Shown: positions 29,723 through 38,560, numbered from the stretch's first letter. The stretch: 48,754 nt of DNA from an uncultured Bifidobacteriaceae bacterium (GCA_964526235.1 CAZGLC010000004.1:1-48754), one strand, 5' to 3'. Notes: generated from the sequence alone by a model not told the origin. Numbers and translations are program-made.

Positions 29723-32629
29723 TCAGAAGGTGTAAGAAATGCCCCACTCCAGGACGCGCGGCGGCACGATCAAGGTCGCCGTATTGAACCGCGGGCCCGA
29801 CAACTGCTGCACCGTCAGCACGGTCGCCTTGTTCAGCACGTTGTAGAGATTCAACCGCGCCACCAACTGGTGGCCGCTCGCCAGGTCGAAGCGCTTTTCG
29901 CCGCGCAGGTCGAGCAGGTTGACGCTGTCCAGGCGCCGCGTCCCGATCGGCTCCACGTTGACGGTGAGCGTCGGAATCTGGCGGCCGCCGCCGAACTCCA
30001 CGCGCCGCGCCCACGGCAGGCCGCTCTCGAGGCTGTAGTTCGCCGATGCCAGGATCCCGTAGCGCATCAGATACGACCCGCCGGCGCGGAAGATCCACTC
30101 CCACGTGTTGTCGCTGGCGAAGATCTCCGCGTTCGGATCCTGGGTGTTGATGAACCCTGTCGTGTTGTTGCCGACGTTCGTCACGAGCGGGATGTTCTTC
30201 TTTGTGGCGCTGTACGAGACGCGCGCCTGCCAGTTGTTGGCGTAGCGCCGCGCCACCTGCCACTCGATCGTCTTGAAGGTCGAGTTCGCCGTGTCGTCGT
30301 TGACAACCCAGGGCCGCTGGAACGCGGCGCCCGCGAGCGACGCGGGAAAGTCGTAGTACGTGATCAGGGAGCCCGGGTCGTCGGCGGTGCCGGGCACGCC
30401 GTCAGGGCCGGGATCGCGGTTCGTGATCGGGATGTTGTACACCGCGTACGGGCGCAGCGAGTTCGCCAGCCGCCACTGGTTCTTCGCCTCGGCGTAGACG
30501 CCGGTGACGCGCACCGCCCAGTCGGCCGTCAGCTGCTGCTCGAGCGACAGCAGCAGCTCGTCCTGGTAGCGCTGCGTCGTGTCCGGATTGATCAACCCGC
30601 CGCCGAACGCCGCCCCGATGCCGCGCAAGGTGCGGTCGATGAAGTCGGGGCCGTTCGGGTCGAGGTTGACCTCGCCCGGGTTGTAGTCCCTGTTTCCGTT
30701 GAGGTCGCGCCAGCGGTAGCGCGCCTGCGAGATGGTGTTCTGGTTCGCGATCTGCAGGTCGTCGGAGCTGCGCATGTGGTAGTAGCGGGCCCAACCGCCC
30801 TTGACCACCATCCGGGCGTTCCCCAGCACGTCGTACGCCGCATGGAGGCGCGGCGCGAGGCTCGTGAAGGCAGGCATCTCCTGCCGCTCGTAGCACTCGG
30901 CCGGGAACGTGATGTGTGACGGCGCCTCGGCCGCCTCGCGGCACTGCTCGGGAATCACGGCGGTCTCGTGGGCGAAGCGCGCCCCGAGATTCAGCGTCAG
31001 CCGGCGGGCGATCGTCCAGCTGTCCTGCAGATACAGGTGGTTGAACTGCATCGGCGTGTCGGGCGAGACCGGCGAGTTGAGCAGGATGACCCGATCCGCG
31101 ACGCCGCGGTTGAACTCGAGCGTGTAGTTGCCGATCGGACCGCGCGGCAGCTGGCTCCGCTCCGCGCGCGCCAGGTGCACGTCGAAGCCGGTTTTGACCT
31201 CGTGGCGGCCGGCCGCGCCGCCCGCATTGAACCAGGTGACGTTGCCGCGCGCCTGCCAGCGGTCGATGTTGTTGCGCGAGCCGGTCTCGGCCGCCGCGCC
31301 CCACTGGCGCAGCGTCGTGCGATCCCGCGCGCCGGGCCGCCTGGCCTGGCCGAAGTCGGAGTCGCCTGAACGGACGTAGAAGCTGCCGACGAGGACCGAC
31401 AGCACGAGCCGATCGTTCGGGACCGTCTGGTACTCGCTCTTCCAGACGCCGTCAGCCCCCGGGTTCCGGTAGGTGCGCGTTTCCCATAGCGCGACGGCGC
31501 TGCCGCCCCGCTCGCCGAACCGCCAGTTCGGCTGCGCGAAACCGATGATCTTGTTCGACGGATTGAACTGATACGTCACCTTCGCCGTGATGAACCGCGT
31601 GCGCTCGGTGCCGACGCAGGGCCGGTCGGAGAGCGGTCCGTCCGGATCGTTGTGGTTCACCGGAACAAAGCAGTCGATGATGTTGTCGTGCTGCCGGCGC
31701 TGGCGCGAGGCGCCGAAGAACCAGAGCTTGTCGCGAATCAGCCTGCCGCCGAGCTCGCCGCTCCAGTCGTCGCGCAGCCGCAGCTCGTCGCCCTCCGAGA
31801 TCCCCTGGCGGAGCAAGGTGGGTGTGAGGTTGTTCGACCTGAGATTGTCGCTCGTGCGCGCGTAGTACATCTGTCCGTGGAAATCGTTGCCGCCGCTCTT
31901 GACGACCCCGTTGATCGCCAGGCCGCGGGTCGGCGTGGCCGCGCTGTGGCCCATCACCTGGACCGTCGCCTCTTCCAGCGTCGCGTAGTCGAGGTAGCTG
32001 CCGCTCGGGTTCGATGCCGGGCCCTGCATGATGACGTCTTCGATACCCTGCCACGACTCGCCGAGCTGCCCCATGGTGTGAAACCGTGGCGACTCGTTGA
32101 AGCCGCTGCCGCCGACGTCGAGCCGCACGCTCGTCCGCGCGCTCGGCGTCTGAATCATCAGCGCGTTGAAGCTGTTCCGGCTCGTCGGCAGCAGCTCCAG
32201 CGTCTCGCGCGTCAGCTGCGTCGTCGGCGTCGTGGACGCGACGTCGACGAGCGGCGCGGCGCCCGAGACGGTGACCGTCTCCTGCAGGTTGCCGACGCCC
32301 AGCGTCACGTCGAGGCGCGCGGTGAAGCCGACGGTCAGGCGCACGCCGTCGCGGCGGCTGGTCTGAAAGCCGTTCAGCTCGTAGCTGATCGTATAGGTCC
32401 CGATCGGCAGCGGCGTGAGGCGATAGTCGCCGCGTTCGTCGGTGACGGCGCTGACCTCCGGAACCTGGAGGGCCGGGCTGGTCGCGGTGACGGTGACGCC
32501 GGGCAGGACGGCGCCGCTCTCGTCGGTCACCTGTCCCGTGATGGTGGCGGCCGTGCCCGCCTGCCGGGCGATGGCGTCGGTGGCGGCGAACGCCAAGAGC
32601 AGAGCCGCCGCGACGATCGTTACGCGCAT
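29723..32629 (-). CDS. TonB-dependent receptor with N-terminal CarboxypepD_reg-like domain (TBDR-1)
   Basis: The start is ATG 32629, with GGAGG 5 nt upstream. The signal peptide is MRVTIVAAALLLAFAATDAIA. The N-terminal segment reads ITGQVTDESGAVLPGVTVTATS....TDERGDYRL. It is 968 aa with a C-terminal aromatic residue (...WGISYTF). The track ORF extension to 33715 is rejected. Confidence 0.9.
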   Translation of the reverse strand: MRVTIVAAALLLAFAATDAIARQAGTAATITGQVTDESGAVLPGVTVTATSPALQVPEVSAVTDERGDYRLTPLPIGTYTISYELNGFQTSRRDGVRLTVGFTARLDVTLGVGNLQETVTVSGAAPLVDVASTTPTTQLTRETLELLPTSRNSFNALMIQTPSARTSVRLDVGGSGFNESPRFHTMGQLGESWQGIEDVIMQGPASNPSGSYLDYATLEEATVQVMGHSAATPTRGLAINGVVKSGGNDFHGQMYYARTSDNLRSNNLTPTLLRQGISEGDELRLRDDWSGELGGRLIRDKLWFFGASRQRRQHDNIIDCFVPVNHNDPDGPLSDRPCVGTERTRFITAKVTYQFNPSNKIIGFAQPNWRFGERGGSAVALWETRTYRNPGADGVWKSEYQTVPNDRLVLSVLVGSFYVRSGDSDFGQARRPGARDRTTLRQWGAAAETGSRNNIDRWQARGNVTWFNAGGAAGRHEVKTGFDVHLARAERSQLPRGPIGNYTLEFNRGVADRVILLNSPVSPDTPMQFNHLYLQDSWTIARRLTLNLGARFAHETAVIPEQCREAAEAPSHITFPAECYERQEMPAFTSLAPRLHAAYDVLGNARMVVKGGWARYYHMRSSDDLQIANQNTISQARYRWRDLNGNRDYNPGEVNLDPNGPDFIDRTLRGIGAAFGGGLINPDTTQRYQDELLLSLEQQLTADWAVRVTGVYAEAKNQWRLANSLRPYAVYNIPITNRDPGPDGVPGTADDPGSLITYYDFPASLAGAAFQRPWVVNDDTANSTFKTIEWQVARRYANNWQARVSYSATKKNIPLVTNVGNNTTGFINTQDPNAEIFASDNTWEWIFRAGGSYLMRYGILASANYSLESGLPWARRVEFGGGRQIPTLTVNVEPIGTRRLDSVNLLDLRGEKRFDLASGHQLVARLNLYNVLNKATVLTVQQLSGPRFNTATLIVPPRVLEWGISYTF

Positions 32630-32752
32630 AGCACCTCCGTGCTGAAAAACGGCGCGGGTTGCGTGAGCACGCGGAGTGTATGCGCGCGCGTTGGTGTTGC
32701 GCAACTGCCGACTGCTTGGCGATCGACTCTTCCCTGTGACAGACTTTCGGAC

Positions 32753-33700
32753 GTGCACCGCAGACATCCGGCGCTCGTGCTGCTCGTCGCCGTCGGCGCG
32801 AGCGCGTGCGGCGCCGGCAGCCCCGAGTCGCGCCGCGTCGTGACGCTCGTGACGCATTCGAGCCCCGGCGGCGGGAGCGACGTCTTCCTGCGCGAGATGA
32901 TTCCGCACCTCACCCGCGTGATGGAGGGCACCTTCATCGTCCAGAACATCCAGGGCGGCAGCGGCGCCAAGGCGATGGCGGCCGTCGCGAGCGCACGCTC
33001 GGACGGCACCCTCGTCTATGCGACGACGCCGACGTTTATCTATACGTCGCTGCTGAGCGCTCCGTCGGCGCGGTACACGGATCTCGAACCGCTGGTAAAT
33101 CTGTTCTTCGATCCCGAGGTGCTGTACACGGCAGCCGACTCGAAGTTCGCGACGCTCGGCGACGTGCTCGCCCATGCACGGACCGCCCGCGGCCGCTGGG
33201 GCGCCGCCAATCCGGCCTCGCTCGAGCGGCAGGTGATGGAGCAGCTCAAGCAGAAGGCGGGCGTCGCGCCGGCCATCACCACGTTCGAGGGCGGTGGCGA
33301 CATGCTGATCAACGTGCTGAACCACACGCTCGACATCGGCGTCGGGGAGCTGCAGGAGATCCGGGCGCAGCTCGACGTCGGCCGCCTGCGTCTGCTCGCC
33401 GTCGTCGGCGAGGAGCGGCTGCCGCAGTTTCCGGATGTCCCGACGGTGAAGGAGCAGGGAATCGACCTGGCCGTGCGCAAATTCCGCGGGCTCGCGGGGC
33501 CGAAAGGGATGCCGCCGGAGGCGATCGCCGCCTGGGAGGCCGCGATTCCGAAGCTGCTCGACGACCCTGCGTACCGCAAGCTCTACACCGACAACAGCCT
33601 GCAGCCGGGCTTCATGCCGCACGCCGAATACGTCGCCTTCATGCGTGACTTCGGCGCCCAGACCGAAGCGTTCCTGAAGCAGTCCGGCGTCATTCAGTGA
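32753..33700 (+). CDS. tctC: Tripartite tricarboxylate transporter substrate-binding protein (Bug/TctC family), lipoprotein
   Basis: The GTG start lies within track ORF 31652-33700. The lipobox is VGASA-C. The motifs GGSGAKAMAAVA, FEGGGD and P.VPT..EqG are typical of the Bug family. Confidence 0.85.
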   Translation: MHRRHPALVLLVAVGASACGAGSPESRRVVTLVTHSSPGGGSDVFLREMIPHLTRVMEGTFIVQNIQGGSGAKAMAAVASARSDGTLVYATTPTFIYTSLLSAPSARYTDLEPLVNLFFDPEVLYTAADSKFATLGDVLAHARTARGRWGAANPASLERQVMEQLKQKAGVAPAITTFEGGGDMLINVLNHTLDIGVGELQEIRAQLDVGRLRLLAVVGEERLPQFPDVPTVKEQGIDLAVRKFRGLAGPKGMPPEAIAAWEAAIPKLLDDPAYRKLYTDNSLQPGFMPHAEYVAFMRDFGAQTEAFLKQSGVIQ

Positions 33701-34203
33701 ATCGGGATCTCGCATTCGGCGCCTCGGGCGTGGTCATCGCCGGCGGCTACTACAGGCTCGCCACCTCCATTCCCGACAGCGCGCTCGCGGATGCCGTGGG
33801 CCCGCAGGGGCTGCCAGTCGCGTACGCCGCCGTCCTGGCGCTGCTGTCCCTGATCCTCATCGCACGGTCGCTCCGACCCTCGAACGCAGAACCCGGATCC
33901 CGGATCCCGGATCCCGGATCCCACATCCCGGATCCCGGATCCCGGATCCCGCATCCCGGATCCCGTCTGCTTCGGGTCGCGGGCATGCTCGCCTTCGGGG
34001 CCCTGTACATCGTCCTGGTCCCCTGGCTCGGCTACACCGCGTCGCTCGCCGGACTGCTCTTCGCCGTCACGTGGTACCTGGGCGGCACCGTTCACCGATC
34101 GATGGCCGTCGTCGCAGTGTCCGGCGCCGTTGTCCTCTGGCTGCTCTTCGTGCGGCTGCTCGGCATCCCGCATCCGGCGGGCATCTGGGCCGGGCTCTTC
34201 TGA
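33697..34203 (+). CDS. tctB: Tripartite tricarboxylate transporter small membrane subunit TctB, carrying an in-frame heptamer-array insert
   Basis: A GTGA overlap couples it to tctC, and the gene lies between tctC and tctA. It has four hydrophobic segments. The loop after the second segment is encoded by the array at 33892-33965. Confidence 0.75.
   Translation: MNRDLAFGASGVVIAGGYYRLATSIPDSALADAVGPQGLPVAYAAVLALLSLILIARSLRPSNAEPGSRIPDPGSHIPDPGSRIPHPGSRLLRVAGMLAFGALYIVLVPWLGYTASLAGLLFAVTWYLGGTVHRSMAVVAVSGAVVLWLLFVRLLGIPHPAGIWAGLF
33892..33965. repeat. Tandem heptamer array (CCCGGAT), about 10.5 units, inside tctB
   Basis: The units start at 33892, 33899, 33906, 33913, 33920 (CCCACAT), 33927, 33934, 33941, 33948 (CCCGCAT) and 33955, with a partial CCCG at 33962-33965. 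The array is translated as PGSRIPDPGSHIPDPGSRIPHPGS. Confidence 0.9.
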
Positions 34204-34208
34204 CCGCC

Positions 34209-35687
34209 GTGTCCGCCGACGCGCTCCTGCTGATCGTCCCGTCCGCTGTCGGCGGCGTCATGTGGGGGATCCTCGGCGGCGCGCTGCCGGGCATCTCGCC
34301 GTCGATCACGATGGCGCTGCTGCTGCCGCTGACCTACGGCATGGATCCGACCGCGGCGATCGTGATGCTGGCCGCCACGTACGTGGGTGCCGAGTACGGC
34401 GGGTCGATTCCGGCGATCCTCATTCGCACGCCCGGTACGAACGCCGCGGCCGCCACCGTGGTCGACGGCTACGCGATGAAGGAGCAGGGGAGGGCGGGCG
34501 AGGCGCTCGGCATCTCGCTGTACTCCGGTGTGGTCGGCGGGCTCTTCGGCCTCGGGGTCGTCGTGCTGCTGGCGGAGCCGCTCTCGGCGGTCGCGCTCGC
34601 GTTCACGCCGCAGGCGTACTTCGCGCTCGGCGTGCTGGGCCTCAGTGTGATTGCCTCGCTCGCGCGCGAGTCGCTCCTCAAGGGGCTGATGGCGGGCGTG
34701 CTCGGGCTGATGATTGCCACGATCGGGACCGATCCGGTGACCGGACTCAACAGGTTCACGTTCGGCAGCCCCGAGCTGCTCTCGGGTATCCCGCCGATTC
34801 TTGTCATGGTCGGCCTGTTTGCGGTCGGCGAGCTGCTGGCGGAGAGCGGCGAGGTCGGCTGGCGCCAGGTCACGCCGGAGCGCGCCCGCATCCGCTTTCC
34901 CGGCCCGGCGATGTGGCGGCGGATCGCGCTGCCGCAGATGATCGGCTCGGTCATCGGCGCCTTCGAAGGGATGATGCCGGGCGGCGGCGGCGCGGTCTCG
35001 TCGTTTCTCGCCTACAACGAGGCGCGGCGCTGGTCGCGGCACAAGGAGGAGTTCGGCCACGGCTCGCCGGAAGGGATTGCCGCGCCGGAGGCGGCCAACA
35101 ACACCGTGGCGTGCACGGCGCTCGTCCCGATCCTCAGCCTCGGCATTCCGAGCTCCAACTCCTCGGCGGTCCTGCTCGGCGGCTTCCTCCTTCACGGACT
35201 CATTCCCGGACCGATGCTCTTCGTCTCGAATTCGGACGTCGTCACGGGCCTGTTCGCGGGCCTGCTGACGGCGAACATCGCGATGGTGATCGTCGGCTAC
35301 GTGATGATGGGCCCCTGCATCTGGCTCGTGAGCCGGCCGCGTCCCTATCTGATGGCGTTCATCTACGCGCTCGTCGTCTCGGGCGTCTATGCGATCGAGA
35401 CGAGCCTCTTTCAGGTCGGCGTGGCGCTCGTCTTCGGCCTGGTCGGCTACGCGCTGCGGTACCTCGAAGTGTCGCTGCTCCCGATGGTGCTCGGCGTCGT
35501 GCTCGGCTTCATGGTGGAGTCGAACTACCGCCGCGCGCTCGTGCTGTCGGGAGGCGACCACATGACGTTCCTGCAGGATCCGGTCTCGGCCGGCTTTTTG
35601 ATCGCGGCCACCCTGTTCCTGCTCGGCTCCACGGCTCATCACCTCGTCCGGGGAGGAAAACGCCCCCGGATGGACGTGCCGGCATGA
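34209..35687 (+). CDS. tctA: Tripartite tricarboxylate transporter large permease TctA
   Basis: GTG 34209 lies 5 nt after the tctB stop. The motifs GALPGISPS...ALLLP.TY, YGGSIPAILI.TPG and DGY.M are typical of TctA. The track ORF start at 34071 is rejected. Confidence 0.9.
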   Translation: MSADALLLIVPSAVGGVMWGILGGALPGISPSITMALLLPLTYGMDPTAAIVMLAATYVGAEYGGSIPAILIRTPGTNAAAATVVDGYAMKEQGRAGEALGISLYSGVVGGLFGLGVVVLLAEPLSAVALAFTPQAYFALGVLGLSVIASLARESLLKGLMAGVLGLMIATIGTDPVTGLNRFTFGSPELLSGIPPILVMVGLFAVGELLAESGEVGWRQVTPERARIRFPGPAMWRRIALPQMIGSVIGAFEGMMPGGGGAVSSFLAYNEARRWSRHKEEFGHGSPEGIAAPEAANNTVACTALVPILSLGIPSSNSSAVLLGGFLLHGLIPGPMLFVSNSDVVTGLFAGLLTANIAMVIVGYVMMGPCIWLVSRPRPYLMAFIYALVVSGVYAIETSLFQVGVALVFGLVGYALRYLEVSLLPMVLGVVLGFMVESNYRRALVLSGGDHMTFLQDPVSAGFLIAATLFLLGSTAHHLVRGGKRPRMDVPA

Positions 35688-37045
35688 CGCCGGTGGCTGA
35701 AACGCTGGCGGCGTGGCTCGCCGGTGTCGACGCGAAAGCACTTCCCGCCGATACCGTTGAGACCGCGCGGAAGCTGTTTCTCGACGTTGCGGGGCTGTGT
35801 GTCGCGGCGCGGCGCGAGCCGTATGTCACGGCGACCCTCGCGGCCGTCGATCGCGGCGGCGCATGCACGGCGGTCGGGCACGCGGGTACGTGCGACGCGT
35901 TCGGAGCCGCGCTCGTCAACGGCACCGCCGCGCACGGCGAAGACTTCGACGACACGTTCGAGGGGGGCCCGGTGCACTCGGGCGCCGTCATCGTCCCCGC
36001 CGTGATGGCGGCGTGCGAGCGCGAAGGGCTTGGCGGCGACCGGCTGCTCGTCGGGATCGTCACCGGCGTCGAGCTCCTGTGCCGGTTCAGCCTCGTCGCG
36101 CCGATGGCGACGCACAATGCGGGCTTTCATCCGACGGCCATCTTCGGCGCCCTCGCGGCGGCCGGCGCGTCCGGCGCCTCGCTCCGGCTGCCGCCGCCCG
36201 CGCTGGCGTCGGCCTTCGGCATCGCGGGCAGCATGGCGTCGGGCATCATCGAGTATCTGAGCGAAGGCACCTGGACCAAGCGGATGCACGCCGGATGGGC
36301 CGCGCAGTCCGGCATGCGCGCGGCGCTCATGGCGCGCGGCGGCTTCGTCGGTCCGCGGACGGTGCTCGAGGGGCCGAACGGCGTCTACCGCGCGTTCGCT
36401 CCATCGCGCCCGCCCGACTTCGCGCCGCTTCTCGACGGCCTTGGCTCGCGCTGGGTGATGCCGTCGGTGGCGTTCAAGCCGTACCCGTGCGGGACGATGG
36501 TGCAGCCGTTCATCGACTGTGCGCTGAAGCTCCGCGCCGATGGCGTGCGGGCCGGGGATGTGCGGGAGATCGTGTGCGAGGTGGCGCAGGGCACGGTCCC
36601 GCGGTTGTGGGAGCCGCTCGCGTCGAAGCACCGCCCGCCGACGCCGTACGCCGCCAAGTTCAGCACGCCGTTCTGCATGGCGGTCGCCTTCACCGACGGC
36701 CGCGTCGGCCTGGCGCAGTTCAGCGAAGACCGCATTCACGACCCGGCCGTTCTCGGGCTGGCCTCGAAGATCCGGTACACCATCAATCCCGCCGACGAGT
36801 ACCCGCGCAAGTTCAGTGGGCACCTGCGCGCCGCGCTCGGGGACGGCGGGGAGCGGGAGTACCGTCAGCCGTGCATGCGCGGCGGGGCGGACGCGCCGCT
36901 GCCGCTCGCGGAGCTGGAGGCGAAGTTCATGGACAACGCGCGGTACGGTGGATGGACCGGCGCGACGGCGGAGCGGCTGCGCGAGATGTCGCAGGCGCTC
37001 TTTATCCAGCCGACACTCGAGGTGCTGAAGGAGTTCAGGGGATGA
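35684..37045 (+). CDS. MmgE/PrpD family protein (paralogue 2)
   Basis: An ATGA overlap couples it to tctA. The motifs D..G......R and AAHGEDFDD are present, and the 453-aa protein has a PrpD-type architecture. It is the only real part of track ORF 34130-37045. Confidence 0.9.
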   Translation: MTPVAETLAAWLAGVDAKALPADTVETARKLFLDVAGLCVAARREPYVTATLAAVDRGGACTAVGHAGTCDAFGAALVNGTAAHGEDFDDTFEGGPVHSGAVIVPAVMAACEREGLGGDRLLVGIVTGVELLCRFSLVAPMATHNAGFHPTAIFGALAAAGASGASLRLPPPALASAFGIAGSMASGIIEYLSEGTWTKRMHAGWAAQSGMRAALMARGGFVGPRTVLEGPNGVYRAFAPSRPPDFAPLLDGLGSRWVMPSVAFKPYPCGTMVQPFIDCALKLRADGVRAGDVREIVCEVAQGTVPRLWEPLASKHRPPTPYAAKFSTPFCMAVAFTDGRVGLAQFSEDRIHDPAVLGLASKIRYTINPADEYPRKFSGHLRAALGDGGEREYRQPCMRGGADAPLPLAELEAKFMDNARYGGWTGATAERLREMSQALFIQPTLEVLKEFRG

Positions 37046-37063
37046 GGGAGAACTTACCTGATC

Positions 37064-37813
37064 ATGGCGATGCATAACGAACTGGCCGGCTCCGTCGCCC
37101 TCGTCACCGGCAGCGCGCGCAACATCGGGCGCGCCATCGCGCTGGCGCTCGCGGATGCCGGCGCGGCGGTCATGATCACCGGCCGCCAGGCGCTGGCGGA
37201 TGCGGAGGCTGTGGCGGCCGAGGTTCAACAGGCGGGCGGCCGCGCTACGGCGATGACGGCCGACGTCGGGGATCCTGGCGCCGTGGACGCGCTCGTGACG
37301 GCGACCGTCGAGCGGCTCGGCCGCCTCGACATTCTGGTCAACAACGCCAGCATCCGGCGCGAGGTCGATTTCGCGAGCCTCGACTACGCCGAGTGGCGCG
37401 CCGTGCTCGCCTCCACGCTCGATGGTGCCTTTCTTTGCAGCCGCGCGGCGCTGCCGCACCTCATCGCCTCGGGCCGCGGCGCCATCGTCAACATCGGCGG
37501 GCTCTCGTCGCATACCGGCGCGCCGCGGCGCACGCACGTCATCGCGGCGAAAGCGGGTCTCGCGGGGCTGACGCGCGCCCTCGCGCACGACCTCGCGCCG
37601 CACGGCGTCACCGTGAACTGCGTGGCGCCCGGACTCATCGACACCACCCGCGCGGGACCCGAGCCCGCGCACCACAAGAAGCTGGCATCGCCTGTAGGGC
37701 GCAAAGGACGTCCGGAGGAGGTGGCGGCGCTCGTCCGCTTTCTCTGTGGTCCTGGCGCGCGCTACATCACGGGTCAGATCGTGCACGCCAACGGCGGGCT
37801 CTACATGGGATAG
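37064..37813 (+). CDS. SDR-fold oxidoreductase with atypical active-site region
   Basis: The motifs VTGSARNIGRAIA (TGxxxxIG), NNAS and VNCVAPGLIDT are present. However, the segment NIGGLSSHTGAPRRTHVIAAKAG aligns by eye with the classical NISS...........YxxSKAG. That alignment places Gly and Val where the catalytic Ser and Tyr are expected. Confidence 0.85.
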   Translation: MAMHNELAGSVALVTGSARNIGRAIALALADAGAAVMITGRQALADAEAVAAEVQQAGGRATAMTADVGDPGAVDALVTATVERLGRLDILVNNASIRREVDFASLDYAEWRAVLASTLDGAFLCSRAALPHLIASGRGAIVNIGGLSSHTGAPRRTHVIAAKAGLAGLTRALAHDLAPHGVTVNCVAPGLIDTTRAGPEPAHHKKLASPVGRKGRPEEVAALVRFLCGPGARYITGQIVHANGGLYMG

Positions 37814-37836
37814 TGGAGCTGATGCGTTGGTGGGTC

Positions 37837-38253
37837 TCAGGCCGGGCTCACGCCCTCACGCCGTGCGGCCTCGAGCAGACGGTCGTCAAACGCGACAATC
37901 GTCAGCTCCTCGCCGAGCTCGTCGCGCAAGTAAAGGCAGCTGGCGAGCTGAATGGCATCGCCGGCGCGCAAGGGGTGCTTGTGCAACAGAGCGCGTGCCC
38001 GCGCGCTGATGGCCGACGTCAGTTCGACGACCAGGATTGCCGGGAAATCGACCGCGAGCGCGGCAAGCGCACGATTCCGCTCCGCCGTCGAGAATGCGCC
38101 TTCCCGCGCGCGCCGCTCCAATGCCGAGGCGACCTCCACCTCGGAGAGCCGGCTCGTCGCCGGAAGATCCGCAGAGAGAAGACGGCGAACCCTCATGCTC
38201 CCTGCTTCGCGTATGTACCGCTTGACAAGGGCGCTGGCGTCGAAATACCGCAT
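37837..38253 (-). CDS. vapC: PIN-domain type II toxin VapC
   Basis: The N-terminus MRYFDASALVKRY carries the first acidic residue, and later acidic motifs are D.IQLA and FDDRL. It is 138 aa and shares an ATGA overlap with the upstream antitoxin. Confidence 0.85.
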   Translation of the reverse strand: MRYFDASALVKRYIREAGSMRVRRLLSADLPATSRLSEVEVASALERRAREGAFSTAERNRALAALAVDFPAILVVELTSAISARARALLHKHPLRAGDAIQLASCLYLRDELGEELTIVAFDDRLLEAARREGVSPA

Positions 38254-38540
38254 CAGAACCGGTCGCTGCGATCCTCGAGAACAGCCTCGGCGACCGAGCG
38301 ACCGCGGCTTCGGACCTGGCGGAACGGCCTGAGCGCTCTGTCCGCCGTGCGGGTGACTGCGCCGAGGGCCTTCAGCTTGGCCAGCACGGCGTCCGTGTGT
38401 GTGCCGGCCTCCAACGGGCGCAGCTCGGCAACCGGCTCACCGCGGTCGGTGATGACCAGCGTCCGTCCCTGGCGCACTCGGCGGAGATAGGCGCCCAGGC
38501 GCGCCTTCAGTTCACGCGCCCCGACCAGATTGCGTTCCAT
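38253..38540 (-). CDS. Phd/YefM family antitoxin (VapB-like partner of the PIN toxin)
   Basis: The start is ATG 38540, inside track ORF 38253-38996. The sequence VGARELKARLGAYLRRVRQGRTLVITDRGEPVAEL has the Phd/YefM N-terminal pattern. Confidence 0.8.
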   Translation of the reverse strand: MERNLVGARELKARLGAYLRRVRQGRTLVITDRGEPVAELRPLEAGTHTDAVLAKLKALGAVTRTADRALRPFRQVRSRGRSVAEAVLEDRSDRF

Positions 38541-38560
38541 GTGGTCATTGTGACCACATG
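38538..38560. promoter_or_regulatory. Perfect 10-3-10 palindrome overlapping the antitoxin start codon (probable vapBC operator)
   Basis: The sequence CATGTGGTCA-ttg-TGACCACATG spans 38538-38560. Positions 38538-38540 are the ATG of the antitoxin on the minus strand. Confidence 0.6.

Noticed and set aside
29723-33715. 1330-aa version of TBDR-1
   Set aside because: The ~360 residues upstream of MRVTIVAAALLL are antisense to tctC and are Arg-rich nonsense. ATG 32629 has GGAGG 5 nt upstream and is followed by a classical signal peptide.
34071-37045. N-terminally extended versions of tctA (34071-) and PrpD-2 (34130-37045, 971 aa)
   Set aside because: The extensions overlap tctB or tctA in other frames and are low-complexity. 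The real starts are GTG 34209, just after the tctB stop, and ATG 35684, in an ATGA overlap.
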